From NCBI RefSeq assembly GCF_009914755.1, contig NC_060929.1: 64,000 bases of DNA. One strand, written 5' to 3'. Shown in pieces: positions 1 to 19,290 of this stretch (positions are counted from its first letter, which is position 1; each line of letters begins with the position of its first letter). Below the pieces are notes generated by a model. That model was given only the letters and a program-made list of their open reading frames with translations. It was not told the DNA's origin and ran no database searches. The position numbers and the translations under genes were made by a program. Source of the DNA: the human T2T-CHM13v2.0 reference genome, Homo sapiens.

Positions 1-389
1 AAGAGAAGTGAAATTACAGAAAAACTGGGCAGACTAAAATCGTGAGCTGAAATTATAAAGATGGAAATTTAAAAATATTAAATGGAAAGTGACTTTAAGC
101 TCAAAAGTACTCTGCAAGTATAAAATGACTTAGCAGTTCACATACTAAGGATATAGATTCCTTTAAGAATAAATCCAATAAGCATTAGCACTGAGGCATA
201 GCTCTCCCAAGAGCTAAATGCATTTAAATAAGTTAAGTCATCCTTCCACTAAATGCTGCGTCAGAATGAACACATCTGTGTGGTTGTCACTGGGATAAAT
301 GCCACATTTGAAGGGGTCTGCAACAATATGGAGTACATAAATATAAGGGCAGTTATTTCATATGTGGAGTGATTGAAAGAACTATAAAT

Positions 390-650
390 ATTTTCCTTGA
401 GGAAGACAAGGCTTATAAGGGGCAATGAATGATAACAATCTTCACATATTTGAAGAATTGTCAACAGAGTGTAAAGCCCTCTAGGGCCAAACTGGGACAA
501 TTGGATTACACAGAGATAGATTTTAAACTTAGTATACAGTTTAAAATAATTAGACTATTTTTAAAATGGTTTGTCTTTGAAAGGAGGAAAGTTTCTAATC
601 TGTATTCTTTCATGATCTCTAAGGTTTCTTCCATCTCAGAGATTCTATAC
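390..650 (+). mobile_element. Ancient L3/CR1 or MIR3-like fragment
   Basis: Degenerate motifs 'aatcttcacatatttgaagaattgtca' and terminal 'atctctaaggtttcttccatctcagagattctat' resemble the L3/MIR3 3' end; boundaries approximate. Confidence 0.4.
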
Positions 651-1134
651 AATCATTATGCATTTTTGAACAAAGTGTTTCCCTCAGCTTCACGTATGCA
701 TAAACTCACAGGCATGTATACAAACATGCATAAAAATAATCCATTAGAAATGAGATAAATAGCACCGATATGGTTGCCTAGTGGGGTGTACTGCCCAACT
801 ACTCCCAGCACCGATCTTTCACCTTTGCCATGACTTTTTCTTCTCTAAGGGTTTGGTTAAAACATAATTATGGCTGTTGAAGTGTATGTTTCTAGCACAA
901 CATAGAATATACGAGGCCCCTAGATAAAGGGGACTTTTCCATTTATGGGGCTTTAGGATTTTTTTAACCATTTAGGATGCTTAAACAGCTGACACATTTT
1001 TGTAGTATCAAGGAGTAGGTGGTATGCGGCTTTGAAAACTAAACTACCCACTGCAAGTCATTAGGAAGCCAGAATGAATTTTTTTCACTTCAATTTCAAC
1101 ATTATAGATATGATCACATGGTGCTTATTTTATC

Positions 1135-1340
1135 ACTGGGGTGTAATGATATAAGCATATCCTTGAAATCAGATGACTGGAGTTTAAGTCATTGTTGTGG
1201 GACAATTTTAGTTCTGTGAATTTTGGTAAATCACTTAGACTCTTTTATCCTTGATTTCTTCATTTTTAAATGAGCATAATGACTGTCTTATAGTATTATC
1301 ATAGATGTCAAATGATATAACCATGCAAAACATTTTATAA
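1135..1340 (+). mobile_element. MIR SINE
   Basis: MIR core-like 'ctgtgaattttggtaaatcacttagactc...tttcttcatttttaaatgagcataat'. Confidence 0.6.
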
Positions 1341-1873
1341 GTTATATACAAGTAAAATATTATTAATATTATTCCTGGAAATGGTTTCAAAGACTAAATT
1401 TTCCTTATTCTAAAATTTCTTATTTATCTCTGTGGATTATCTGTATCCTCTTTTCAATTTCAGTCTGGCTTTTCTCTGCCACCTGTCATACATATGGGCC
1501 AGTTTCTGGATTTCCACATTTGCTCCTCCATTCATTTTCATCAATTACTACTTTCTCAAATTAAAATTTGCTTAAAAAAGACGAAAGAAAAGTGGCTGTG
1601 AAATCGCATATAAGCAAAGTCCAAATAAAATTACTCTTTAAATTAATAGAAAGCATTGGACAAACCAAAATAGCAGAAAGTTAGCTAGAGCTCAAAAATT
1701 CAGAAGGGTTTGGAGGATTCAGATTATAACCTGCTTAATATTTAGAAGAGCTGGCAATCCGCCAGTCAGGAAGAAATTATTCACTGCAATGCCCTGCATA
1801 TCTTTACTGTTGTCACCTCTCCATCTAACATAGCTCCGGAGACTAGAGACTGATTATCTGATGTGTTGGACAC

Positions 1874-2107
<234 letters not shown>

Positions 2108-2792
2108 TGCAGATTTTTCTGATATTAGCCTCAAAAATCATAGCTGACACATTAACAAAATTGACCTTCCTTGAACTAGAAGGGAAATGCTGGGGTGATA
2201 TTACATCTGTCACTTGTATGGACAACACTTTATAATATTTCTCATAACAGAAATTCAGAAGCATCTTAAGCCCCTCTCAATTGACTCCTCTAGTCCAAGT
2301 TAATTATTTCAACCTCTATGTTCCTAAGTATCTTGTCCATGTGCTAATTATAGCACTTATCACACTGAATTTAATAAAAAGTAAGTAAGCATGTAGTTTG
2401 TACATTATAGATGGTTTTTCATACTGAGTGTAAGGGAATTCCATTTCACTGAATGTGATCTACATTTAAATTCACCTTTATTCATTTCTTCCTTATTCAA
2501 TGAATTGTGCCAAATACTGTTTGGATTCACAGGAGATATTTGAGAAGTGAACATCAAAACACATCTTTGCAATTCAAAGGGATACATACTATTTTAATAA
2601 ATCAGTTTTAAATTATGTGAGAATCAAAAGTATCATAGAGAGAAAGTAGTAGCCTATGAGATGAATCTGAGGGAAAGTCAGGATTTTGCACGTTGCGTGG
2701 AGGCCTTATAGACACACTGGACTACAAATACACCATTTCTGATTTACCCACTAGGCTTTGCATTCTCAGAGCCAAAAATAATGTCTTACACA

Positions 2793-3301
2793 TTGTGTTC
2801 ATTTGCTAGGGCTACTGTAGCAAGGTACTACAAACTGAGTGGCTTAAAACAATAGACATTTATTGTCTCACAGTTCTTGAGGCTAGCAGTCCAAACTGAA
2901 GGTTTTGGCCAGACCATGTGTTCTGCGAAGAATCTAGAGGAGGATCTTCACTGCTTCTCCCAGCTTCTGGCAGCCAAGGCTCACTGCAGCATAACTCCAG
3001 TTTCTGTCCCCATCTTCACATGGCTGTCCTCCCTGTGGATGAGGTGATGTCTCTACATTGCCTTCTCTCTATGAGCATCTCTGTGTCTTCACGTGGCATT
3101 CTCCTCTCTCTGTGCATCTGTGTCCACATTTCCCTTTGCTTATAAGGACACTATTCCTATTGGATAAGGGCTCACCCTAATGATTTCATCTTAACTTGAT
3201 TACATCTGTAAAAACTCTATTTCCAAATAAGGTCACATTCACAGATACTCACAATTAAGACTCCAACATATCTTTTTGGGGGATACAGTTTAGCCCAAAC
3301 A
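2793..3301 (-). mobile_element. MaLR solo LTR (MLT1B/C-like)
   Basis: 'ggcttaaaacaatagacatttattgtctcacagttct' and 'ctatttccaaataaggtcacattcacag...gggggatacagtttagccc' are typical MLT1 reverse-strand motifs. Confidence 0.75.
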
Positions 3302-4369
3302 TTCTTAATTATAACCCCAATATTTATCAGAGAATATACAAAATTCTAAGCATTCAATATATGTTAGCTAAATTTTAAAATGTTCATTTTTACATCCTAC
3401 TATAACCCTCACACTATCGTTTAAAACTGTATAAATTGTTCTTGATTCAGGAAAATTGAGAAATAAATGATTACCATCATCCAAGAAATAGTCAACCTAC
3501 TTGAAAGTTGTTGTCATCCTTAGCCAGGTCTTTCTCCAATTAAATTATTCAAATACTTTTATCTTCTATATACATCCTATTTTATAGTTCTTCAATCATC
3601 TTTGTTACCACCCACTGTATCCTAAGATGGAACTTGCAATTTATCCTTTCAGAAATAAATTTTGGGTTGCTTCAGACCTCTAAAATGTTTATATGCACGA
3701 TATCACTTTTCCTAAACTCCTGTTTCCTTTGCTATTTATTTTTTCCACTTAGTTCTCATGGAGACAGTGAAGGCTTCATGATAACTTTGGATTTGAATTT
3801 AATAATTTTTTCATGTGGAATTGTCAAAAATATGGCCCGAAAGTTTTTCTATGAACTTGCCGACTTTTTGTCCTTTTTACTGTAAAATGAGAAAAGTCAC
3901 ATTGAAAACTGCAGAAGTTAAACTGGCATGTTTCACCTAGTACCCCTAAGGTAACTTCAGCTGTGTTTTAGTAAATGCCGTGAGTCACAGTGCTCTCTCT
4001 CGGTTCAGAGCTCTTTGGTACCTACAGGTCTTATTTCATATCAGAAGCAGCTGGATTTCACACCTACATTTGTCACCCTTCTAGATACTTCCTTCTGAGC
4101 TTATTAACACCATCCAGCAGCTACCTTGAAGATATGCTGCCAGGAAAAATGAATGTTTTCTGCAAGGAGCAAAAAGGTTTTCTATTCCCATATGTCAGCA
4201 CTTCAGTTCAGGCCCACTGCCAATAACTAATAGCATTTAAACAATAGTTCATTCAGGTGAGAGTTACGAAAATGCTCCTCTTCTGAGATGATTCACCAGA
4301 TATTGTTATGCAAAAATGAGAAGAAAATTGGTTGATTTTTGCATCTAAAAACTACTGAAGCACATTTAA

Positions 4370-4566
4370 AATGAAGCTACAGATCAGGTTCCCAGTCCAT
4401 GCTTCACACTGAACTTGCTATTTGACAATGAATTTTCACATGACTTTTCAACATCTCCCTTTTCTCACATGTAAAATTAAGAGAATAGCATCTTTTTACC
4501 TGCTCATTGTGAGGTTGAAGAGATATTATGTGGGAAATCACTCTAAAATTAGAAGGCACTGAGCAT
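4370..4566 (+). mobile_element. MIR SINE
   Basis: 'ttctcacatgtaaaattaagagaatagc...ttgtgaggttgaagagatattatgtgggaaatcactctaaaa'. Confidence 0.5.
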
Positions 4567-6380
4567 ATTTTGGGCATACTTCAGATGTTATTCATACTCT
4601 AATTTAGAAGTTTAAAAAATTAAAATCTATAAATCAAGAAAGATGACTAAAGAGAATCATTGGTGATTAATGATTATGCACCTGATTTCTTATTCCATTG
4701 TTGCATTTTGGGAAATTAGCTATTTATGTTCTACTCGAGTGTTGACTTTCAACTTAGAATATAATATGAAAACTTCATTTTTTTCAGATAAACCTCAATT
4801 TTCTGATAAATCTTAGAGTACATTGCAGGAGGGAGACAACTATTTGCAAGCGAGTTGAGTTCAGGATCACAGAAAGTCACATACCCAATTTCCTGTGCAG
4901 AGAGGTTAATAAACTGAGTAAGATATTCACTCCTGGGTTGAATCTTAAATCTGTTGCCATCTAGAAATAAAAATGTAACCTTTTATATAGAATCCAAACA
5001 CATGTAAACCATAATAGGAAAAGTAGAATTATGATCATAAAACAAGCTATGATCATAATAAAGGAAAGAAGAGATGGCTATAACTCTGAGTCTTTGCTGA
5101 GTACCAAAGCAGCAACAAAAATGATGAAGGTCCTCTGATTTGAGTAAAAATTTTGAGATAGTTTTGACAGATAAGCATAGATAAAGTAAAGGATTCATCA
5201 AAGTAGGAATAGTGAGATGGTGCATAAGTTTTATTTTATTATTATTTCAGCTTCTTTTCCTAATTTTGCTATAATGAAGTTATTTACCTATAAAATTTAA
5301 ATATATATGTACATAAATACGTAATCACCACCCAATCTTTAAGGCCAAACTTTAACGCTATCTTCAACATGAAGCCTTTACCAAGCCCTCAGTCAACAGG
5401 ACTAGCATTCTTATTGAATCATAAATGTGTTATACATATCTTATTTCTCTTACAAACTCAGAAATCGATTCCACAAATCAATTCAATAAATATCCAAGGT
5501 CTGTATTGTGTTTATATGTGTATACCCCAGTGTGTCCACTACAGTGCCTTGTCACAAATATTTATTGAAATTTTTGGATTGAGAAGTCATAATGACAAAA
5601 CAATAAATCATTGATACTGACTACAACCATCTGGTATTATTTGATTGCAGAATGAGAAATCTAATGCGAAGAGGTTTTTTTTTCAAGCATTTGAAAATAC
5701 ATATTGAAAGAGATGTTAAAATGACTGAACAGCCAGTGGAGTTTTTGAGTAGAGGACTGATGTTCTCTATGCATGAATTCAGTTTCAGATAAATACACTT
5801 AATTGTCTGATGGATAATGTCACCATAAAATATTACAACTCAGAGAGAATACAGAAGTTCAAACTATTGAGAGATCAATGTGATGAGTACCCTTGAAAAG
5901 GTTAAGGCTCTCAAAAAGCTATTTGAAATTGTCATTAGTAATAGTATTCTAGAGGGAGAAATGTAATTGTGTGATATTTTGAGGTGATAAGTTGTCTTAT
6001 CAGGGGTCTGTTAGGGCAAAGGCAGAGTTCATAAGAAAAATGCACTTCTGATTTATATCCCTAAACTTTGCAGGATTTGTTCTGGCATTTAAATAAATAC
6101 TAAACTACATGGCTATGGACAGGAGCCCTTTGTTTTTCAGTGATAACCTTGCTGCTTCTTCCACTTCTCCATGGGATATAAAGAAGGTCATTTTCTAGAA
6201 TAAAACTCATTCCCCTGTTCATGCTTCATCACACAGATTGCTGACAATTGGGGATCTCTGCTCTCCAGCATGGGACACAGACCCCTGTTTTTGACACAGT
6301 GAGTTGGTTCTGGTCAGTAGAAGATACAAAACACTTAGATCATGTTGTTGGGCTCAGTTAGCTAGCTTTGCTTTTTGGAT

Positions 6381-6812
6381 ATGTAATGTATAGGGGAATG
6401 CACTTCCCAGATCCTCAATAAAGTACTTGTCCCAGCTATTGAGAGTGCTGTCAGCACACAGCCTGCATGCGTTTGCCTTTCAGAAGTTGCTTAAGCTTCA
6501 GAGAACCACCTTGGTCAAGTTCACACCCTTCAGAGCAGGGGTCCATATAAACTGATAGATTGAAGCAAGATTATAAAGGCCAGGCCACTTCAGCCTCATT
6601 TAGGAAAATTGTGATGACTTATTTTAGCTCTAGAGTTCCCTATGGGGTTAGCGGAAGTTGTTGTTGGGCCTGTTTTGCACTTTGACTTCTCCCTTGGCCC
6701 AATCCTGTTTCTTTAGCCTGCCTTCTACAAGTATTGACTACAGGAAACTCCATAATATACATCCTGCACATTAAACTTCACGCTAAAATTGGCTTTGGAG
6801 GACCTATGTGCA
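6381..6812 (+). mobile_element. ERVL solo LTR (LTR16-like)
   Basis: 'ataaaggccaggccacttcagcc', 'ctctagagttccctatggggttagc', 'cccaatcctgtttc', 'atcctgcacattaaacttc' resemble LTR16; similar motifs recur at 35018-35441. Confidence 0.55.
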
Positions 6813-8177
6813 ATAGGGTGAAACAGACAAACTTGTAGAATGACTTTTCTTAAGTGCAAAGCAAGGATTCAGAGGACACAATAATCCTAGAATGCTAGAG
6901 AGAATTCTGGGTAGTATAAATAGTTTATAGGAATGTCCTCAGCAGGACAGAGCATGGCATGGGTGAAGCTAGGAAAGGTAAGCTTTTCAAAATGAGAGTG
7001 GCACAAAAGGAAGCAGGAGAAACAGGCGACTTTGAAGTTACAAAGACCACAGGTGAATGTAGCTGATCCCTGGCAGTAGGAGGGTGTGACTACCACTAAG
7101 AACATTGAATGTTAGCAAAAGAAATGTGAATTTCATTTCGTAATCAAAGAGAAATTAGTGAAGTTTTTTTAAAAAAACATGAGAATTGTGTTTTAGGAAA
7201 CTGAATGAGTCAGTGTGTAAAGTGAATTTGAGAAGGAGGAAAGATGGAGAAGCCAAAGATGACATTAGAAAATTGTTAGAACAATCCTGCCATGATGAAA
7301 GCCAGAATGTAAATTTTAAAATTACATGTATATGCGTGTATGTGTGTATAGAGACAGAAACAGAGAAAATTTGAAAGAGGAAATGGCACGAAGAATTGTA
7401 TTATAAGAGGTGCTATATGGGAATTAAATGTAGCAGCAATCCTTCTAAAATCTTCCCTACATGCCAACGACCATATTATGAATACCATTTACTGAACACC
7501 GAAATAAACTCGGAATTTTACCAGGAACCTTTAGCTATATTTCATTATTTTAATACCCACTTTGACATAGCTATTTCTCTTTATGGTTTGTAAATAAAAA
7601 GACTAAATTTAGAAATGTCCAACGTTATGCAGTTAATAAATGTCAGAATTGGAACTTGAACACAGGCCTATTTAAATTAATTTTCAGTACTCTTAAGCAC
7701 TGTACTATCACAGATCTAAAATATAAATATTTTTATTTTGAAAAGCTTCCTTTTATTAGTAAGTAAGGTAAGGTAAAAATTGCAGATCATGCATGCATGA
7801 TTACTTACTGCTGCCAACATATTTTTGAACTAGTCTAACTCTAAGCCATTACATCACATGAATACAGGAGTCCAAGGGGAATACACGATCTAAAACTAAA
7901 TCTGCCCGGCAAATACAAGTTACCTCTTCTTCTTTTTTTTTTTTTTCTTTTTCTTTATTTTATTTTATTTTTTTGTTATACTTTAAGTTTTAGGGTACAT
8001 GTGCACATTGTGCAGGTTAGTTACATATGTATACATGTGCTATGCTGGTGCGCTACACCCACTAACTCGTCATCTAGCATTAGGTATATCTCCCGATGCT
8101 ATCCCTCCCCCCTCCTCCCCCCACCACAGTCCCCAGAGTGTGATATTCTCCTTCCTGTGTCCATGTGATCTCATTGT

Positions 8178-12004
<3,827 letters not shown>

Positions 12005-12067
12005 TATGATGTTAGCTGGTGATTTTGCTCGTTAGTTGATGCAGTTTCTTCCTAGTCTCGATGGTCT

Positions 12068-13084
12068 TTACATTTTGGCATGATTTTGCAGCGGCTGGTA
12101 CTGGTTGTTCCTTTCCATGTTTAGCGCTTCCTTCAGGAGCTCTTTTAGGGCAGGCCTGGTGGTGACAAAATCTCTCAGCATTTCCTGGTCTGTAAAGTAT
12201 TTTATTTCTCCTTCACTTATGAAGCTTAGTTTGGCTGGATATGAAATTCTGGGTTGAAAATTCTTTTCTTTAAGAATGTTGAATATTGGCCCCCACTCTC
12301 TTCTGGCTTGTAGGGTTTCTGCCGAGAGATCCGCTGTTAGTCTGATGGGCTTCCCTTTGAGGGTAACCCGACCTTTCTCTCTGGCTGCCCTTAACATTTT
12401 TTCCTTCATTTCAACTTTGGTGAATCTGACAATTATGTGTCTTGGAGTTGCTCTTCTTGAGGAGTATCTTTGTGGCGTTCTCTGTATTTCCTGAATCTGA
12501 ACATTGGCCTGCCTTGCTAGATTGGGGAAGTTCTCCTGGATAATATCCTGCAGAGTGTTTTCCAACTTGGTTCCATTCTCCCCATCACTTTCAGGTACAC
12601 CAATCAGACGTAGATTTGGTCTTTTCACATAGTCCCATATTTCTTGGAGGCTTTGCTCATTTCTTTTTATTCTTTTTTTCTCTAAACTTCCCTTCTCGCT
12701 TCATTTCATTCATTTCATCTTCCATTGCTGATACCCTTTCTTCCAGTTGATCGCATCGGCTCCTGAGGCTTCTGCATTCTTCACGTAGTTCTCGAGCCTT
12801 GGTTTTCACTCCATCAGCTCCTTTAAGCACTTCTCTGTATTGGTTATTCTAGTTATACATTCTTCTAAATTTTTTTCAAAGTTTTCAACTTCTTTGCCTT
12901 TGGTTTGAATATCCTCCCGTAGCTCAGAGTAATTTGATCGTCTGAAGCCTTCTTCTCTCAGCTTGTCAAAGTCATTCTCCATCCACCTTTGTTCCATTGC
13001 TGGTGAGGAACTGCATTCCTTTGGAGGAGGAGAGGCGCTCTGCGTTTTAGAGTTTCCAGTTTTTCTGTTCTGTTTTTTCCCCAT
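12068..13084 (-). pseudogene. L1 ORF1, frameshifted
   Basis: MGKKQNRKTGNSK at 13084 ends early at 12806; C-terminal half ...LQNHAKM in 12068-12628. Confidence 0.92.
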
Positions 13085-14569
13085 CTTTGCGGTTTTATCT
13101 ACTTTTGGTCTTTGATGATGGTGATGTACAGATGGGTTTTTCGGTGTGGATGTCCTTTCAGTTACCTCTTCTTCTACTGTCATAATCTGTTAACATATCT
13201 GGGTGTATTCATTCATAAATGTGTCTTTATATTTAGGTAGGAGCAGAAGTTCTTCGTCCTCTACTTCAGCAGTTGGATTCTTCAGAGACTCATCGGTCTC
13301 TTCACTTTGAAGTTTCATGCCACTGGAAGAAAGCACCGCATGTTCCCATAATGCTTTGTATTATTTTCGCTGGTATCCAGTCCCCAGTGGAAAAGCAATC
13401 TTGCAGCATGTCAAGAGTGAAAATGGACAAAACATTTGCAATCTGGAACCTGGAATTGACCTTGGGCCAGTAACAGAGCTGCATAATCATTATAATAAAA
13501 ATTTACCAAAAAGGACATATAGAACAGTATTCATATTACATTATCATTTGCATTATAAGTCCCCAATTATGCCTAGAAGGAGATACCAAGTCATATCTTC
13601 AAATATTACCTCATTCAGAATGACAGTGGTATTTAGACAACAGAGTGATCTGTTGAATGACAAAAAGCCTACTTACAAACTTGTTGGGCAGCTGTGTCCC
13701 AACAAGCCTATTCAAACACCTTTATAAATCCATATTAATTTTATAATCTGGACTTAAGTTTACAAAAGGGGCCTATTTATAAGTTTCTTAAATGCAATTG
13801 ATGGTATATTTATGTATTCCATATATTTTGCTTTTATAGGAGAGGTTAATGACAAATTTAGAACCTCTTTGTAACATCTGTAAAAGGACACTATCAAAAC
13901 CTGGGAGAGTTCTATAAGGTCAGCATGGATTCATAAGAAGCCTTCTTGGTCACCTCCCATGGAAATGCAGCTGCCCTGTCAGGTAATAACATGTGTCTTA
14001 GTACACTCTCTTTGTTGTCAATCTCTTAAATCCCCAGATCAACTTGGGGCCACAGACAGAACTGTTATTCAAGGCAACATCACACACAAATACTTCATTA
14101 ATGTGCTGCAGGAAATCACAAATAGTGGAAGGGTAGTCCCGCAAAGAATCATGGAACTGTGTTCACTCCTGTGACAATCACCAGGATACTCTTCAGATAA
14201 CATGCTTCCAATTGTTGAAAATAAAAAATGTGACAGTCAATAAGTCTCAACATTCTGAAAGGTGTCATTGTGATGACAGGTCAATTGCATGGAATAATCA
14301 TTTCAAGTAGAAAATCAAGCAGGTTAGAAATAATTGCATTTTATAATACACACATGCAGTATACCCTCACACATACAAGAAAAATGAGATTCCCCAAGAA
14401 AGCATTAGGCTTGTGTTTGGGTTTCTTGAGATCATGAGATGGATATACGTTGTTTGAGAAGTCAGTATCAGTGGTCTTGAAGTAGCATATAAATAACTAA
14501 TGTATGCTCATTAGGAACTTCTGAAAGTCTTTAAATTGTCCTTTGATGAACATACATGATCAAAATGTA

Positions 14570-14880
14570 GCTAGCTCCTTATTATTCAGCTTTCAGCTTT
14601 AATATCACTCCTTCGGGTATCATGCCTTCAGAAGGCCTCCCTTGACCACCCAGTCTAAAGTAACTCTTTCTCTCTCTTCAACACATTACTGTGGTTTTGA
14701 AAATTGTGAATAATATATCACTGCTTGATATTTTCTTTCTGTTTACTTATGTAATTATTTTCTCTCTTTTCCAGCTAGAATTTCAGCTCTATGAACATAC
14801 AATCCACTTTCGTTTTGTTCATCATTGTACACTTAATATCTTGATTTCCATGTAACAGAGTATCTTCATATAAATGTGTG
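14570..14880. mobile_element. L2 LINE fragment
   Basis: 'aggcctcccttgaccacccagtctaaagtaac', 'ccagctagaatttcagctctatgaa...ttttgttcatcattgta' resemble the L2 3' end. Confidence 0.5.
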
Positions 14881-15477
14881 GAAAAAATATTTTTAAATTA
14901 CATCAAGCCTGAATGATGTTTCCACTAATGTATATTAAGGACATATAATGTTCCCGACTGTTAGTTAGAACAAATAATTATACCATTTACTCTTCATAAC
15001 CATCCTGTGAGGTGAGCATTAGCATAGATTCTACAGATGGGAAACCTAAGGTTCAGAACATACTGGAGTTTGTTTTCTTTGTACTCCAATGTCCCAGATG
15101 GTACATTTCCACCCAATCTATCACAAGATTACACACTTGTTTTTGTTTCTAGTGTTTGCTATATTTGGGGCTAGCTACCCAACTGTACTTTAAGCTCCTT
15201 AATGATACAGATAGTATCTTCTATTGGTTTTGTCTTCATAGTAGTATTCATGACAGTTGTGGGCATGTAGATGTTGAGAAATAAAATGGTTTAAGTGGTT
15301 ATGTAGGAAGATGGAAAATGCATCCCCATAACTGGGAGTGGAACGTGATCCTTCATACAGGTCCCAGAATCTCCCCTCATATCCTCCAGGAAATGGAACT
15401 CTAAGAACTGAGGATCAACTCACATATCTAGTCTGACATAAAGCTAATAGGGCATCATGCAATTCCCTATTCATTGA

Positions 15478-15985
<508 letters not shown>

Positions 15986-16179
15986 TTAAGCAAGGCTTAC
16001 AAATACAGAAGCCTGGCCCTTGGTCAGTAGCATGAAAAGTATTACTAATTTTAAGCCTGTGTTGATGATTCTGGCTTCTTTCCAGGAAACAAGACAGAGA
16101 ACAACGAAGGCTCCAGTCCCTTTCAAATCTAAGACAGTGTAGCGCACAAGGCATGGGCATAACTGTGATGTTAATTAAA

Positions 16180-16350
16180 AATTAGTTACCATTTACTCAG
16201 TGTTGAAAATGTGTCAGGCACTTCAGGGCATTGACCTATTAATCCTCCCAAGTATTTTCATGTCTACATTTACAGTCTAGGAAATTGAGGCAAGAGAGGC
16301 TGAGTAACTTGTGTAATGTCATATGGTCAGTTAATGGCTGATGCAAAATT
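16180..16350 (-). mobile_element. MIR SINE
   Basis: 'tttacagtctaggaaattgaggcaagagaggctgagtaacttgtgtaatgtcatatgg'. Confidence 0.55.
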
Positions 16351-18799
16351 TTGGCAGGAGATACTTTAATTGCAATGCCTAAAAATCAAGATATGAGCAA
16401 ATTCTCCTGGGTTCATCTTCCATCTCCAAAATAAATTCAGAATATGTAGATCCTATGAATGCAATAAATTTCTTCCCATTTAAACTTGGTCTACATGTGC
16501 TTTCTAGCAAATTATGATGAATTAAACAAGCTATTGCATGCACTTTTGGTAAGCTTCAAAAGCGAGTTAATTGAGAACAGTAATCATTTCCAGTTGTATA
16601 ATTCTAGCACATAGTGACTTTTAAATAATATGACTGATAAAATAAGTGTTAGAGCTTGAATAATACTGTCCTTTAAGATTCCTAAATTAATAATGTAGGC
16701 TCATTATTTTGGGTGATTCTATTGTCATATATGGCCATGATATATTCCACTTCCATTACATCTGGTATAAGATATGTATAAGCTACTGAAAATACAGTTT
16801 ATCTCCATGAAGTAGTTATATATTCAATATAATTAATGCATTTCTACTGACTTAGGATTCTTAACCAGGAGAAATTTCTTCCTTCTTATTTTCCTAAAAT
16901 AGAGCTCTGGTTAGCCAGAGGAAATAAACTAGAGGAAACACAGTCACTAAATTACCTAGTTTAGTAAAGATACTTTCCTCGAACACCAACTTTGTAATAG
17001 ACATTTTTTTCCTTACTTATAATTCATTATTCCTTCCTAGTATTTCTAGCTTAATTTTCTTTTTGCCCTTTAATAAGACAATTTTGCCAATTCCAGAGCT
17101 GATTATTAAAAGATTACAATATATTTTTCCAAAGATTTTTGAATGTATTACAAAAATGAGAAAGACTTAATTCAAAGGAGTGAAATGGATTCTCTTGGCA
17201 CAAAAACATGGCACTTGTATACAAATTGTTCATTTGAATCACAAAACCCATAAATATAGGCTGGGTAACATATTTGCACACCAACCAAAATATAACCTGA
17301 AACTATATTATCATACTTCAATTGCTTTATTTAGAACACCATTTTTTAAATTAGCTATAAAATATCACACTTAAATTTTTTGCATGTAATAAAATGTATG
17401 TATTTGTAATCATGGGACCATATTTAATAGATGTCTTACTTGGAAAAGCAAATTAAGCAAAATCCATTATTTATTTTTGTAGTGAAAGAATAGAAAAATC
17501 TGGCAAGGGAGTGAGCTGTCAAATATGTAACTCATTTTAAATTACTATTGGTTTTTCCTTTGTTTACATGACAATAGTAGTTCCCCTCTACAATAGTACA
17601 AAATGTTTTTCCCATTTTCAGAATTCCTATTTGAGACTTAGCACTAGCTCCAAAACTAACACTGGGCCCTGCCATGCAACTAAATCTACATCTTCCAGTT
17701 TACATATTAAATAAAGTGAATGAATTGTGCTGTTAAAATCCATACTTTCAGAGCAGATTCTTTTAGAATAATTTTCTGGTGTACGTACATAAGTGTTCAG
17801 CATGTGCTTAATATTTATATTTTATGGGTTCATTATTTTATTTATACATCAAGCACAGCACATTCATCAAGAGAGCAAAGCAATGTGGCAAGTGGGCCAT
17901 TTATCATTTGGATCTGACGAATTATTAAATCTTATTAACTTGTCCAGTTTCAACTTATCTAGGATTATGGGAAAGCCTGATTTTAGAGACATGTTCTTAA
18001 TGCATTTATTTTCCATACAGAAATTGTATCATTTGGTGCTAAAGAAAAGAGATTTTTATTTTAGAAAGGCATAATTTCTAGCTTAAAAGTTACCAGAGGA
18101 GGTTTTGCACAGTTTGTGTTTATAAAGTCACATTACCAGAGTGTTGATAGAAATAAACAGATCAATGGATTAATCTACTACTTGTAACATAAAGTGGATG
18201 ATGGCAGATCAACTTAAAAGGGTTTGGTATTCTCTTAGAAAAATTTATGCACAGCTTTCAATTAAAGCTACATTATTTTGTATATTCTGACATATTCATT
18301 TGTATTGCTCCCCAGGAATTTAATGAGGGCAAGATTTTCCTCTCTCCATAGACCTCAGGGCCTTCAAAACTAAGGAATCCATCTCTTCACTCCCAAGGTG
18401 TTTAATTCTGTGCTCTTAACACAGTAGGAAATAAATTCTTGTTAAGTAAGGCAAATCTGTATGAATAGACCTTTGACAACTGATAAGATATTCTCTCATT
18501 CATGAAGAGTTCAAGCATTTTTAAGAGATAGTTTCCATTCAATATATTCAATATGTTTGTAAAAATCTGTCATTTAGGTTTTCAATGACTATGCATATGA
18601 TAATTTGAATATGGTCTTCAAATTGGTGTTAAGGTAACAATATTGGTGTAACTATTTTGGAAAAAATAAGTTGTAAATGATGCTAATTCCAAAGATTGAT
18701 GGAGTGCACCTATGTGCCAGGGACAGTACTAGATATGAAAGCAGCTTACAGTGTAATGGTGGGGACACAATTCCAAAATCAAATTATTCCAATATATTA

Positions 18800-19290
18800 C
18801 AGTGTCTCGGTCAAGTTTTCCCCAAAAATTATAGCCTTGGGTGAAGGTCTGAATATTAGAAATTTATATGGGAATATGATCCCAGGAAGCAGAAGTATAG
18901 AATGGGGAAAGTAAACATGTTGGGATTATCCGATGAGCCTTACAAAGCGCATTTCACAACTCAGCCCCAACAGTCAAAAAGGAAAAGCATTTATCTGTCA
19001 GCTCCAGTTACACATCGATCAAAGGTGACTTCTCTGGCATTAATTTCAGAAAAATTCAGGTTGCATGTGCATGAGTGCTGGCAGGTTCTCACAGTCATCC
19101 CACATTAAGACAACCCAGAAGCCAGGGGCAGTAAATGGGCAGTGAATGAGAGGGAAGAATCGCTGGCCTAAAGTGAAGTACTGTCCAGTTGCACATGCAT
19201 GACTCCAGATAAACATTTCTTGGGTTCTCTCAATCCTGTTGGAACATGGTCTGAACGACAAGGTAGAGTGAGAGAATATTGAACTGTCCA
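18800..19290 (-). mobile_element. Old ERVL-type LTR (LTR16/LTR33-like)
   Basis: 'aaatttatatgggaatatgatcccaggaagcag' resembles reverse-strand LTR16/33 terminus. Confidence 0.4.

Noticed and set aside
13680-13706. Hairpin CTTGTTGGG-N9-CCCAACAAG
   Set aside because: Isolated 9-bp stem, plausible by chance in 64 kb, no supporting context
13317-13727. 136-aa ORF next to the L1 5' end
   Set aside because: No recognisable domain or gene structure; overlapping ORFs in other frames suggest chance
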